DNA of 62,988 nt, filler included, from Platydemus manokwari (GCA_037951405.1; 6 parts of 6 records of this genome joined end to end with filler, not necessarily neighbours in it); one strand, 5' to 3'. Shown: positions 25,700 to 40,283, counted from the whole stretch's first letter. Numbers and translations are program-made. The notes: generated by a model from the letters alone, not told the origin.

Positions 25700-25910
25700 T
25701 ACCATTATCTGACATAGGTCAGGGGGCTCGTTGATGGACCATAGAATAAAGGTCGCTTGCCAAGAGCAGTCACCACATGTATAAGATGTTGGATTATTTA
25801 TTTCATCTTCAATAGAAAAAATCTTACAGTATTTGTCTAATATTGGGTTTGAACCCCGAACGTCGGCTCTTAAACTGATGTAGCGAGCTGTTTTCACAGC
25901 AATACCACTT
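25700..25910 (-). mobile_element. decayed tRNA-SINE (second family)
   Basis: B box GGTTCAAACCC after a tRNA-like head; core tggtgactgctcttggcaag. Confidence 0.45.
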
Positions 25911-26349
25911 TTTAAACAAACATTAATATAAGTGGATAGGAAAACTGATCTTTGGTTTACAGAGGAAACTTGGCAGCCAACAGGTTAAGGTGCTTAATTT
26001 CTAACAGAGGGATGTCCAGTTCAAATATAGATTTAAAATTTCTATTGCAGAAGAGCCTTGGCATATGCTTTTTCATACCCTACTTATGTAGAGTAACAAT
26101 TAATATAGATGTCTTTTAAGAACAAAGAGAGTGTCTTTACCATGGTGTTATTATTGATAGCAGAACATAACGAATTTACATTTTGCCTATAACACAGATA
26201 TGATATATTTACCTGTGCCTTGATATCTGATATATTTGACCTAAAGGAATCCATTGAGTGTGTAGATTCAACAAGATATAAAATAGGAAATAAGTGCTTA
26301 AAATACATTAGTAAAGACCATTACCATTGTAGACTTTGTTACAGCTACC

Positions 26350-26600
26350 ATAATGAACCAGAGTTGCTTGAAAAAGTAATAAAGTTTTAATATCTTAGCT
26401 CCCTTGTCACAGATAAGGCCCAAAACCAGAAATAATAGCTAGATTTGGATAATCATGACCACACATTAACCTGACTTAGCAACCTTTTTCCGAAGAACAA
26501 AACTATCTCCCTTAAGACAAAGATCAAATTAATATGATCAGTGGTGAAATCTGTTTTCTTATAATTCTGTGAAACATGGATACTCACAGCAGATTTACAG
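26350..26600 (+). mobile_element. RTE LINE RT fragment
   Basis: Decayed KF.YLSS…ISLKTKIKLI.SVVKSVFL.FCETWILT. Confidence 0.7.
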
Positions 26601-27269
26601 TAATATTTTTTTTTTGCAGACCACATTGTATTTTACTGTGGCCAAAATACTAAATCTTTATATTTTTCTTATTTACAACTTATTAGAAAGTTATTTTTAA
26701 TGTTTTGCTATGCATGTGTACTGATCTACATAATGTTACATCAGATACCACATTCCACATTCATCATCCACATGTAATCATTTATTAGCATTCATTTTTG
26801 TTTACTTTCTGCAAAGGCTACTCTAGCATGCCCATGTCAGAAAACAAAGATCAAATATAGTTTTGAGCCTAATGGTACCATAGTGTTAATTGAATTCTTA
26901 ATTAAACAGTTTTAACATTATATTTTCAATTAAAAAAACAAAATAATCCATCATATAAAAATGTTGACAACTGAACGCTAGTACCGGTAACGTTTTTACA
27001 TTTCACAATTGCAAAAACATTGAATACATACTTACCGGTAGCAGAAATGAGTTTTGATAAAAATCTTGCAAAAGTCTATTTAAATTATTGTACAGTTTTT
27101 GAAACTGAAAACGTTTTTAAAGACCTGGAAGTTTAAATATTACCAATGCTAACTTTGTCATTGTGGGGTAATTTTGTAATTCACTCAAATAATTTATTAC
27201 ATCTTTGTAAATATTTAAGTATGACAATCCTGAATACTTTTACCTAAGAACATATTGTGATTTTTTATG

Positions 27270-27535
27270 AGAGCAGTGTTCGAGTGTGTAGTACACACGC
27301 TTGCCAACCAGGAGAGCAGGAGTTCAAATCCTAATTTTTTCTGATGTAATCCAAGCTCTCAGGTTGACCCAGCCTCAAGTCGGTACGAGAGCAATCTGGG
27401 AAATAAAGGTGGCACATATGCGTGATATTAATCACATCACCACAGATAAAAACTGATGGTTAAGTAAAAATATGGTCACTAACACCATATTCTCCATTTT
27501 TGTCTTGAGGTGTGACAGGATTACTAACTTATTTT
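27270..27535 (+). mobile_element. tRNA-SINE with a Meta/MESC-like core
   Basis: B box GAGTTCAAATCC, then ggttgacccagcc…ggtac…ctgggaaataaagg. Confidence 0.55.
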
Positions 27536-27559
27536 TATACTGCGAGTAGTGATTAATCA

Positions 27560-28110
27560 AATCATAATCATTGCACACTTGATACACCTACAAGTGCTCT
27601 CATCTTCTCTTGAGTACATGAAAATTGTGTGATTGCTCACAGTGCCAGTTATCACCCGATTCGCCTTTTTTTTTTTTTGCCTGCCAGCGCAGTGTTCATA
27701 TCTGGTAACACCAAGCTTGAACTAACCATCCCATAGTATTTCCATAATGGGATTGAATTACTATTTGCAAGTGAGTCCTCTACCCTTTTCTGCCTTTTTT
27801 GAAAAACATGCAATACTTCAGTATGTTTCATTGCATTGACTCAAAAATAACCATCATTCCAGCAATCCTGTCAGCTTGTTCATTTCCGTTTATCCCAGCA
27901 AATTTATTCGGGAACAAAAATAAAAGCTATATATACTGAAATTAACTCTCTCATAGACTCCAAACTATTCTCAATTTTACCGCCAGCTTCTGTCTTCCTA
28001 TCTATGATCATAGAGTCGCAGAAAAGACACAGTTTTGTGAAACTCAGAACAGTGCTATGGTCACGCCATGATCTCCATTGTCATGCTGCTTGTGTGTAGT
28101 ACAAAAAAGA
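27560..28110 (-). mobile_element. RNase H-bearing LINE fragment
   Basis: TSSMTMEIMA, CDSM and AGINGNEQADRIAG RNase H motifs across frameshifts. Confidence 0.65.
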
Positions 28111-28450
28111 GCATGACTATTTCCATACTGCATCAAGCTGAGGTAAAATGTAACTGAGTATGATAATAGCACGACTATTTTCATACTTTATCAAACGGAA
28201 GTCAAATGTAATTGACTACGATGAAAAGTATGATTATCTTCATACTGTATCAAACTGAAGTAGAATGTAATTGCGTACGATGAAAGCATGACTATTGTCT
28301 TACTGCTTGAAACTGAAGTAAAATGCAATTGACTACGATGAGAAGCATGACTATCTTCATATTGTATCAAACTGAAGTAAAATGTAAAATTGAGTACAGT
28401 AAAATCACAATTATTTTCATACTGTGTCAAACTGAAGTAAAATTTAACTG
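28110..28450. repeat. minisatellite, about six units of 58-59 bp
   Basis: Units start at ~28110, 28168, 28227, 28285, 28344, 28404; consensus agcatgactat.ttcatactgtatcaaactgaagtaaaatgtaattgactacgatgaa. Confidence 0.9.
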
Positions 28451-29654
28451 CTGAAATTTAGACTTGTATTTATCCACAATTATTTCTGTGTGTGGCTTCC
28501 ATATTTTGGTCATCTGAATCTATTTTTTGCTTGTATATATTTTTAATTATTCGGAAATATTATTACTGGTAATGTTCAACATGAATACCCATAAGTAATA
28601 ATTCTGACAAATTCTTTTTTTAAGAGAGAGAGAGAAAAGAAGAACAAAAGGTAGAAAGTATGTTGAATTGATAACATGGTAAAAAAAACTTACAAGAATA
28701 TGAAATGACAATATTCAAAGCTGCCAGAAGAGTTGCCTCTTACTTGACATTATAAAGGAGTTATGAGAGTAAGCAGAGAAAATAAACATGTTCACTTTTA
28801 TCTATAAATATCTCATGATGATCAATGACGGCACAGATAACTGCTGAATGTTTTAATAATTAACCACCCTTTTGTTTTCTCCATTCTGATTTGTAATCTT
28901 TTTAGATGACAAGGTTTTGACAATATTTTTACTAGGTATACATTTGATATCCTTACATTTTTGTAATTTATCTATGTTCCAGAATTTTTGCAACACTTTT
29001 GGGAGATTAAATATTATTGTGAACATTGAATGCTTTCTTTATTTATTTTAATGTTTATGTAGAATAAATGTTATGAAAACTCAACTTTGACTGCTGTTAG
29101 CCCAAATAATGGCACAGGATTGGCAAGCCAAAGTAGGTCAAATTATAGTTAGCATTAGACTAAATGGCATTAGACTAGATAGCGTAGGCTAGTATTAAAA
29201 ATTGGCTGGCCCTCAAGTAGTTTCTAGATGCTAGTAGATACCAGACCACCTGTTTGAGGAAAAAAGGCACAGAGGAAAGGAACTTTCACCTGACCTCAAG
29301 ACTGTTCGCTTAGTACTATAAAATCTCTATTATTTCATCCCCTACAGTTAAATGGCTACATGACTGACTTTAACTCTGGAACAATTAGCATTCACACTTT
29401 ACGATGGTTTTTGGAATGGACGGAGGAGCAGATATGGGAATGTCCTGACTGCAGTGATACCACTCCAGATAACTCATGACTGCCTTTACTTATACCTTTC
29501 AGGAACACTATAACTCATTTTATCCTAATAATAATGAATTCTCCCTTCGTCCTAAGAGCCTGAATCCAAACCTGTGCTGCCATGCCCATCTCTCCTTTAA
29601 ATAAAAATGAAGGTATATGATTTTTTTTAAATTGCTATCTTATAAGATGATTTT

Positions 29655-29945
29655 GGGGAGCCTGGTGACTAAGGCGTCAGCTATTAAAGGGAGAGATACC
29701 CGGTTCAAACCTTACAAGAGATAATATTTCTCTGAATCGGTTGGTATTTTTTCATGACCCATAAGAGTCCCTAGATCTCTCGGTAGTGAGATTTAACTAC
29801 CCAGTGATTGAATGTTTGCCTAAATGATGAGGAACACCTGTTGTAAGGGATAAGAAACATTCATGCCAAAATCAGTCTCAATTCAGCAAAATACTTTGAA
29901 TTCTAAAGAGACCTCGCCAGAGTTCATAGCTGGTGAACACACACA
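29655..29945 (+). mobile_element. tRNA-derived SINE, family A copy 3 (internally altered)
   Basis: ctaaggcgtc…GGTTCAAACC…tgacccataagagtccct…agctggtgaac shared with 23852-24190. Confidence 0.8.
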
Positions 29946-31368
29946 CAAATTTTTTCATTACATGAACTCATACTAAAATGATGCTATAATTTAAAATAAT
30001 GTTTTGATAACATTTGTTGAAAATCTAGTTGTTTGAATTAAAGATCAACCAATCTTCAATTGATTAAGTCAGTCTTATTATGTTGGTTACAGAATCCACC
30101 CTTTAGATAGAATGTAAGGAGTTGTTTAGGAATATGCAGTAGAATAAATGAGTGCATAGTTATAGCTTAGTGGCTCATCCCTTGGTAAACCAGCAAACTT
30201 ATCCTTAGTCATTCATTAGATTGAGGACATTATGCAATCAGATTATAAAGCTAGAGCAATACATAGAAAATATCAGACATAATTTCTAACCAGGCAGAAG
30301 CTACTTCTTTGACACCTGATTGTAAATTAAAGCTGCAGACCCCTCTTAAGCACAATGTCAAATGTGCAGGAGCAGACAATCCTCTAGGAGACATGCAATA
30401 GACAACACTTGTGCATTTTTATGTATGAAGTCTTATTTCTTGTCATTAATAAATAGATTAATGGTGACAGGAATGAGGATCAATTAAACAATACTGCAGA
30501 TGTAGATAATTCTTGAGGGAGAAAGAAAAAAGAAACAAAGACATATCCAGAAATGGAGAAAATTGGATGAAATGATTTTGTTAAACTAAGCTCCTAAGAC
30601 ACAAAACAAAACAGTTTTTGAGTCGGAACCGGATGATTAGCTCAGTAGTCTTGATATATCAATAGGTGCTCTGATGTTAACTACAACACATTCTTCGTTT
30701 TTAGCTAATGGTATCAGTTCTGCAATAGTTTACAAATCTTTTCTGACGTCAATGATACAATTCATCTTTGGCAGCGCCAATCTGTAGTCCGAATTCTCAC
30801 AGTCCACAAAGAGATGTGGATATACTGTTTCTTAAGTCTGATGTCTTTCATAGTTTTCTAAGGGCTTCAATGATATAACATCCCAATAGTTGGTCACCTC
30901 TCATTGCAGATAAACTAGCAAGCTTGTCCACTACTTTTTTTGCATAAAAAAGAAAGAATGCTAAGTTAGTTCCTTCTTCCCGTTCTTATGTATCAGTCCA
31001 AGAATGACAAATAATATCAAACCACGGTCAACTAGTAAAATTAGTTGTATTGGACGACGTCAGTTACAGTTTCTTGGACTTGTATGCCTGACAGAAGACT
31101 GTGGTAAAACATGATCAATTATGCCATTAGGCATGATACCTAATGAATGAATCAGTCTGGGTGTTGAGGGAAATGCACAGCACCGGATCTTAACCTTTGG
31201 GCAGCCTAAAAAGTCATCTGGTAAGGTTATGTTACCTGGATGCCATCACTTAACAATTTTCTGGGTCTGATTTGGATTTTACATAATTTCCACACACACA
31301 AAAAAAGAGATGCTAGAATTTAATGTACACAGATTCAGTTCCCATGTAAATTAGATAAATTTTATTTG

Positions 31369-31468
31369 NNNNNNNNNNNNNNNNNNNNNNNNNNNNNNNN
31401 NNNNNNNNNNNNTTAATTAATTAANNNNNNNNNNNNNNNNNNNNNNNNNNNNNNNNNNNNNNNNNNNN
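31369..31468. other. artificial contig spacer
   Basis: N44-TTAATTAATTAA-N44. Confidence 0.98.
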
Positions 31469-33474
31469 TTATAAATATAATCATATTGTAATATTTGTTA
31501 TTTTATTTACGGATATATATGATATAGTAATATGAAGAATTCCTTCAATAAAAATATTTTGAATTGTTAGTTAAATGTCAATTGCCGGTAAATTATTAAA
31601 AATATTCAAAAATAAATTTGAAAACAAAATTAATTTAGAATTCTCGATATTATTTTATAATTTTCAAAACCATAGGTTAATTTCCCCTTTGATCTTATAA
31701 TTTAATAAAGGCTAAGTATTGTTTGTATGTTGTATATTATTTTCTCACTCCATGCTGACGTGAAATTTATTAATAATTTATATTTTTCCAGTGATCCAAT
31801 TCATTTCAGAATAATTTTTTATCCTAAGATTAATATGAAATAAAATATATCTCAAATAAAATGTAATGAGTGAATTCAACATTAACCCTTATTGGTTAAT
31901 TTGCAGAAATAATTCTGATAAAATCATATGAATGCAAATCGATGCTGTGTATTAAAATGCCAAGATAATTGTTTCCATATTTAATTGATAAATATAGTGC
32001 TTAATATAGACTTATGACGATGGACTAGTTGCCATTTAAATATTCAATTTTCTAAAAATTAATTAAATTATAAAATATTATTAATGTTAACCACTTATGG
32101 GAAGTCCGTCTTGAGCCTTTTGCAATTTGATTCTATTCTATCTATATTCTTCGTTTATTATTAATCTTGATATCAGCTTTTCCTTTTGTTGTGATTGTGT
32201 GTTTGTGCTGTATATTTGAGTTGGTTGTGTTTAAATTCAGCCATACAGTTCAATTAAGGTATACTAAATACAGATTGGTAGAAATGTACTAGAAAGTGTA
32301 TGTTAAATAAAAGATTTTAAATAAATAATGAGTAGGCGTGGGCTCTGCTTTTCACTTCATTGCATTTATAATTATGTTGTGAGGTTTAACTTTCACTTAT
32401 TTGCTAAATGATTTCATAATTTGAAGATTTTTTGACTTTTTTTTATCTTGTAAATTTATATTATCGACGTATCATCCAATTCTTTCATTGTCAAATTGCT
32501 GTTTAGATACCAGAACGCAATGTATTGTAATATAATTTTTAAAAGAATTATGGTAAAAGATAACTTATAATGATAATCCTACTTTTAAATAAATATACAA
32601 GACCAAATTATAAAATTAGGCTTTTTATCAGTGTATCAAACCTTTTTATTAGTGGTAAGGTTGGAATCGAGAAGGTATTTATTTCATCACAGTATTAATT
32701 TCATTGGTAAAGATTTAAAATTTCAAGGCAAAAGACTAAGTTAGAATTATTTTGCATAAGATATATACTATTATTTCAATTGGATATCTGAATTGATTTG
32801 ATATTTTGAAATCAATGTTGAAATGTTATTGATTTTTCTATCGTTCATCTTTAGATTAATTAGATATAAATCATTGTAATAAAACGTTTCTACTTTAACA
32901 ATATTAAAAGTCATAATTAAGATATTCATTAAAATCATTTTTCATTCTATTAGATTATTTGTTTCACTTAAATATTTCTTTCATCCACTTGTAATTGTCT
33001 TCAATATTTATTTCAGTCTTTCATTTGCAGATATTTATTAGAATTATTTTCATCCAAAGAATCTCAAGATAAATAATGAAAAATCAATAAATTTATAAAT
33101 CAGTTCAAATAAGTTACTGAAGATTTTCAAACCAAATTTCTTTCCTTTAAATTCAAATATGTTTAACATTATTAATATTCAAAAATTTAAATAATTTACT
33201 AGCTGGCTAATGATTAATAAAGACGATATTGTTTCGTCGTGATTGATGAAATCTTATTGGAAATTATAATTCCTTCCATATAAATGTATTTTTAATATCT
33301 TTTGAAATCTATGTACAACGATTTCTTTTAAGAAATTATTATCGTATGGAAAATTTGACCGTTCAGTTTCTTTCTGGTTATGTGGATCGAATTTCACATC
33401 GGTTTAATTATTTATCACAATATTTTTATCCGTTTTAACAAATGGTAATGAAATTAATTTTTTAATTATTATAG

Positions 33475-36400
33475 CAAGAAAGAGATCCAGAATTTTCAAC
33501 GGTGAAATTTCCGAATCCCGAGGAAAAAGGAGCACTCACGCTTGCAATGAAGACGGCTGATGAACATAAGATCAATGTTGTAGTTGCCAACGATCCAGAT
33601 GCCGATCGGTTTGCTGCAGCAGAAAATCATAAGTACATATTTAATATAATTTACAATTATTTAACTAAAAATATTTTCAATTTTCGTTTTATGGTAAGAT
33701 ATTTCGATAATTTATTTACCATGACGGGCATATACATCTTATTTATTGATCTATCTTTTTAAAGTAATTTTCCTTCTATTAACTAGAAACACCAGAAGTT
33801 ATTTTTTACGAAGTAGATACGTTACGTAAGATCTAGTTTACAAACCATATGTCCAAAATATTTTAAAAACTTAGGTATAAATATCAAGTGTTATATTTGA
33901 TATCAAATGGAAAAATTATTATGCGTCCCTGAAATGTTTTTGTAGGGCTCATATTAACAAATTTTAGCAATATTGTTTATATTAATAATATAAATAAAAG
34001 TAATAATATATACAAAATGTTAAGATAAGTCTTTATAGACATCTCTATACATTAATTTTTCGCACAATGGTAAAATAAGTCAAATTATAAGACTGCAAAT
34101 CTGACGATAAAAGTCTAAACGAGACTTTAAATTCGATTTTAATTATTATAAAAACGTGCTGAATTTGAAGCCAATTATAATCTCTTCTTCGAACAAGAAA
34201 CTTTTCCTTATAAGATAGAAAGTTATTTAAGACTAGTGGTCTGTATAGCGAGAGCTCATAACACACGATAATAGTAAACTATTGTTTATAATCGAAATAT
34301 ATTAATTTACACAAAGGGTTGATGGATCCTCTGAATGATCTAAGACAATTATAATGATTAAACTTCTATGATAAGATTAAAAGTGGCTAATTAGATACAA
34401 TTAGTTGAATTTAGTTTATGTAAGTGGAAACCTTATGATTTGTTGATTTTCGATAATTGTTACCCTTATTATAACTTATTATCAATTTTCTGTTTATAAT
34501 TTATCATATGATATAATTAAAAAATTCATCTTATTTCAAAATTTTCTTACAAGATGGATGAATCTAAATTTTTATTATAGACCTATGCTTTTAAATAACT
34601 TTTTTTACACTATCTTTGCACAAACTATTAAACAAATCTAATCAAATATCTAATTTAAGTTATCAGTGATTAATAAATTAAATAAGAAATTTAAATAATT
34701 GAAAAAAGAATTTAGTTCATTGTAATTCAATGAAAGAATGCAGAGGGTTGATAATCCATTGAGTTTATTATTTTATAATCACAGTTTTACTATATTTAAT
34801 TTCTTGACATCCCTATAGAGGTTCGTGGAAAATATTCAACGGTAATGAACTAGGAGCTCTTTTTGGATGGTGGATTTGGTCTGCATTCAAAGATAGTGGA
34901 TTAGACAAGAGTAATCTCATTTAATAATCAGTTATTCTTAGTTAATCTTCAAAGAAAATTTTGTTATGCTCGGCAGTACCGTGAGTTCTAAATTTTTGCA
35001 AACAATGGCAAAAAAAGAAGGTTTTCAATTCTATGAAACATTAACTGGATTCAAATGGCTTGCGAACAAAGCAGATGAATTGGAAAAGCTTGGAAAAAAT
35101 GTTATTCTTGCTTTCGAGGAAGCTATTGGTAATTATTTATATGCAATCTTTAGATTTTATATTTGGCTAAATTGATGTAAAATTCATTCAGCGAATAATT
35201 GAATTTCTTGCCATTTGCATCACACTTAATTTTATAAAGAAATTGGCAGACGTTAATTTGTGAAGAATATTGCGAACGAATAACTTATTATAGATAATTT
35301 GTAAATATTCACTATATCATGCATTTATGAATGAATAATCGAAATCATTCCAATTGAAGACATAAATTGTCATTGGAAATGATTTTATATAAAATCCAAA
35401 AATTCCACTTATAATCCAATCACTGAAGCAGAATAATAGACAATTCATTTACTTACTATTGCGAGGCCGTTATCGGAGATGGAACTAATTTAAATCCGAT
35501 GAGTAGGACTCGACTATTTTTCTTATCGACTCCACAACCCTAATTCTAATTGTATATAACAGAAATTTAGTTGAAATTAAATTAAAGTATTGTACCAATT
35601 GAATTCCGAAAAGAATTTAAGATTTTACGTCGTTAATATTGTAGTTACCGAATTTTGATGTAACTAAATAAATTTCGTTATATGGTTTAATTTTTTTAAA
35701 TAATTTAATTTTAAATAAAAAATTTTCATCGCAAAAATGTTTATTCCTGATTTTGAATGACAAACTATATTTTTCATATCGATTTTTAAAATTTTCATTA
35801 AAATATTGATTACTTGGACTTGATTAAAAACCACAAACTTTAATGGCTACTACATGAGAAAATACGGTGACCCATCTACTAACACTGTCAATAATTATTA
35901 TTATCGTTAATTTTATTTAAATTTGAAATAAATTAGCAATAAAATGTAATAAAATGACTTTATTGATTTTATTGACCTAAAAATAAAAATTGTCATTGTT
36001 ATTGACGTTATTCATTCAAGAGAATCTAATGGGTATTGTTGATAATGAAAATGGTCAAGCTTAAAAAGAATTAGAACAAAGAAATGACTCTTGCAAATGT
36101 TACTTACTATTCCATTATAAAGCTGCTAGTCAATTTATTACAAATAAAATATACATTTCCGTGTTATTTATTTCATTACCCGAATGAACTCGATATTTTA
36201 CTCACAAATGTCTCAAGATTGATCATCGTTTTTTTTATCATGTCCTACATATTATTTGGTCCTAATTGTCAAATTTAAAGTCGATTTTAATGGTATTACA
36301 TTTTTAGGATATATGGTGAATACAATTGTTTTGGATAAAGATGGCGTCAGTGCACTAGCTATGTTTGCAGAAATGAGTGCACAACTCTATAACAAAGGTA

Positions 36401-38234
36401 CAACCTTAACGGAACAATTGGCTAAAATTTATAATGAGTAAGTTATGTTTCGTTTCCATCAAAAATGAAAGTCATATGAGATTATAAAATGCTATTAATA
36501 TCATTTTTATTTTATAATAATATTTTTTGAGTGAATTTGATTTTCCTTTTAATTAGAAAATAAAATAGGAATTTTTTTTGCAAATATTAATTATTATATA
36601 TAACCGTGTTCATTCCATGAAAAATAATGATATTAACAAGTGTGCTAATAGATAATGATTGATAAAAATGAGTTGAAAATTAAATACGAACAATGAATCA
36701 TCTTAGATTAAGATATAACCAAGAATGGTTTTTGTCATCAATCATAATTAGTGGTAAAAGAATCGTCGATATATTTTGAACTTCTCTAGTAATTTGTGTG
36801 TTATTTATGTCATCAATTCAACCTTATAGTTAAAGTGATTTTATGAATTAAAAATATTCATTTATGAAGTGTTCTCATAAAATTATTATTTTATTTACCT
36901 CGGCTATTTTCATATCTAAATCCGGCTTTAGTATTGAACTAACATTTATATCACAAATAGTATCTGCATTAAGCCGTTCTTTTGTTAAGATATGGTCATC
37001 ATATCAGCAATAATGGTTATATGAAGTCTAAATCAAGTGATCTAACGCGAGAGATGTTCACTCAATTGCGTAACTGGAAAGGTGTAAAGGATGCCTATCC
37101 TCAATATTGTGGCAATGAAAAGTTCACGATCTCTAAAATACGGGATTTAACAACCGGCTACCATTCACACGAAGATACGAATAAAGTTATTTATTCAAAT
37201 TGATGTTTAAATATTTAACTTGTTATATTATTAATAACCTATACATAATTGGGAATAATTAATTTTGTACATTTTATTGATTATATCTATCAATCAATAT
37301 ATCAACTTATAATGCAGTGGTTTTCAACCTTTTTGCTGGAGAGGAACCCCACGAAAACATTTTTCTGGCTCGAGGCATCCCTGTGCAATTTAGTATATTT
37401 AAACAATAACTAATAACAAAATAATACTACTACTAATAATAAAATAGATTTTCGAAATTGAATTTAGCATTTTCGTTGTTCTAATTTAGAAATTTAGAAA
37501 TTGCGGAACCCCTGGAGTGTACTGGCGGAACACTGGTTGAAAACCACTGTTATAATGAAATAAATTAATAATAATTTTTGAAAATTATTATTGATCATTA
37601 CCAGCAATATGTTGTAATAATATAGTACGTTATCAAACGAGTTATATTCTTATCGTTTATAACTATAAATATCTTCAACTGGTTATCGAAAATATTTATT
37701 TTATAATTGTTTATTAATTCTTTTAAACAAAACGTCTGAAAAATTACAAAATATTATCCTTTGAGCTGTGAAGGTAATAGATTTAAAATATATAATGTAA
37801 TTGATTGGCTCAGTCTATTTCCGATGAGATTCTTTCACATTTGTTCATTCAAAGCCCAAAATCAATGTTAATAAACAAAAAATTATTTTTAATTCTTTTC
37901 AGAATGTTTGTTTGATTTCAGATATATATTTTTACTTATATTTCGTTTATAATTTATTAGTTACCGTGTGATTCCTCGAATGAAATGATAACGTTCACGT
38001 TCAGTAACAATTGCACTCTTACTATTCGTGCTAGTGGTACTGAACCAAAGATAAAATATTATTCCGAAATCATTCGGTATCCGGGAAATGAGTACGTGAT
38101 AAAATATTGATTAAAAGATTTCATTCAATTCTAGAAGTGGTTCTGTTAGTGAAAGTAAAGCCGAATTGGAGGAATTGATTAACTTTGTCAAGCAACACTT
38201 CTATCAAAAGGATGTGTTTGGATTTACAGACTAA
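33475..38234 (+). CDS. PGM2: phosphoglucomutase-2 / phosphopentomutase, 5'-partial. Exons 33475-33632, 34819-34910, 34955-35128, 36308-36437, 36990-37185, 37961-38091, 38135-38234
   Basis: [11 protein letters not shown], metal loop [33 protein letters not shown]|[31 protein letters not shown]; all GT-AG and phase-consistent, ending in TAA. Confidence 0.93.
37315..37549. mobile_element. hAT MITE in a PGM2 intron
   Basis: TIRs CAGTGGTTTTCAACC / GGTTGAAAACCACTG; perfect TSD TTATAATG. Confidence 0.92.
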
Positions 38235-40183
38235 ATATCCTAGGAATCATTGGCCCTTTCAAAATTAACATATTGAATATTTTTTGTTATTTTTAATATA
38301 AAAATACAATCTGAATTCTTAATTATTGGTGTGGGGATGACATTTGTTGTCGTTTGATAATGTGGAAAATATTGGAAAAATCAAATGATCTGATGAAGCT
38401 TATTATATAAAGGAGTAACAATTGTTAAATGGTTTTTTGTAAACTTGCTTATCTAAAGCGCTTGACTAATAGACTGGTTAGAGAACACCTATAATATCAG
38501 TTATATTTGGATTATTTAATATCCCATTACAATTCTCTAGATCATTCGACAGGTTGGATGATATCCACAGAATATTTTCATTTATTCAATGTTGTTTTGT
38601 AAATTATTTCTAGAATTTTTATCAAAATATATTTTGTAATGACATCAGAAATGAATTCGAATCAAAACTCGTATCTATTGCGAGTTCTCCACTATTGATT
38701 TTTTAAAGCAAGTCGAGTTGGGATTCTATTGTAATTTTTATTCAATTAACTATCTTACAAATATTAACAATGTAAGCGAATATTCTCGTAGTTGGTAGTG
38801 ACATTGTTAGATAGACAGAATGTCAAGATAACAAACCTTAGAAAAATCAAAGGTTAAAATTTATATTGCTATTTATGTTTAGGTTAATTTCGATCTAAAC
38901 ACACTGTATTCATGAATTTTTCTTTAATAAACCATGCTATAACCAGTACTTTATGAATTTGTAGCTTTCCTTTAAAATGATTAACATTATATTTTATTTA
39001 ATTTCTATTTAAGAAAATAGCATGTCGTCTTGAATTTGGATTAATTGCAAAAGTCTCTTTTTGTTCGTGTTATTAGATTTCAATCGATGTTATTTACTTT
39101 ATTCTTAATTTTAAATAAAAAATGATCAACTTGTATGGTCACTAAATCAGAACATGATAAAGAATTGTTAGATTTTGCCGGCTATTTAAGTTCAGAAGGA
39201 TTTTGGTTGTCAAAGTAAAATAATACTTATATTATATCTGACTCCAAAGGCGCAGTGAAGGGAAACAATGAAAGTAGTTTAAATATAAATAAAAAAAATA
39301 AGGATGGATGGAAATATATAATTATGAAATTAAATATTGTACAAATAATAGCCACCAAATTATCAATTTACAAATATCAAATAATATGATAACAAATAAC
39401 TAGGACTGTAGTTAAATTTTTAATTAGAGGCTATTGTTTTGTTATATTTTAATAGTCCATTGTGTGGAAAGCTGCAATGTCCTCAAATTTTAATTTAGAA
39501 TAGTAGGGAATGGTAGTGAACTCAGATGTTTGTCAATGTCACAAGAGATGCAAAGAAAATTAGTAGCATATCTGTGTACGAATGAATTCAGCAAATGAAA
39601 AACGAAGCTCCTAGCACACTCAATTAGTCTATAAAATAGGTTGGATTCCATAAGAAGCGGCCAGACTTGTTTGGTCTGTAATCTGTTTACTATTCGTGAC
39701 TTTTACTTGATTTTTAGCAACCAGTCATTTTTGGTTGTTTTTTATTTTGTTTGACTTTCGGGTGTTATCTCGTCTTGTATGATAATCTGTTATTGACTTG
39801 ACCCACGATTTTAACTGTATCTACTCATAAATTGAGCTTGTGATGTTGTAGTTTATATCATAATTTTCAGGTTTTATTGTTAGTTTTATACTGGTTTTTG
39901 GTAACAATTTGACGCATGCTAAACATCTGGGCCTATTTTTATTCTCTAAGGATATAAAATAACTGGTATACTTTGAAAGGATTTATTTATCAATATATTT
40001 CAGTCTAGGCGATCATTACTATATTGAAACAACAAACCGTCTTCACTTAGAAATTATAGATGGCTCCCGTCTATTATCTTTATAATCTAAATTTCTTACT
40101 ATATAGTGTTACGTTAGGTTGCTTTCTGACTCAATTAGGGTGGGTGTAATTGAGATATTATTTAAATTATAAATGATAATATA

Positions 40184-40283
40184 NNNNNNNNNNNNNNNNN
40201 NNNNNNNNNNNNNNNNNNNNNNNNNNNTTAATTAATTAANNNNNNNNNNNNNNNNNNNNNNNNNNNNNNNNNNNNNNNNNNNN
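40184..40283. other. artificial contig spacer
   Basis: N44-TTAATTAATTAA-N44. Confidence 0.98.

Noticed and set aside
28110-28450. CRISPR-like periodicity and ORF 28191-28430
   Set aside because: The whole unit repeats with no unique spacers, there are no cas genes, and the context is eukaryotic; the ORF is a by-product of the repeat
30640-31270. Possible L2/CR1-type LINE remnant
   Set aside because: Too decayed to assign by eye
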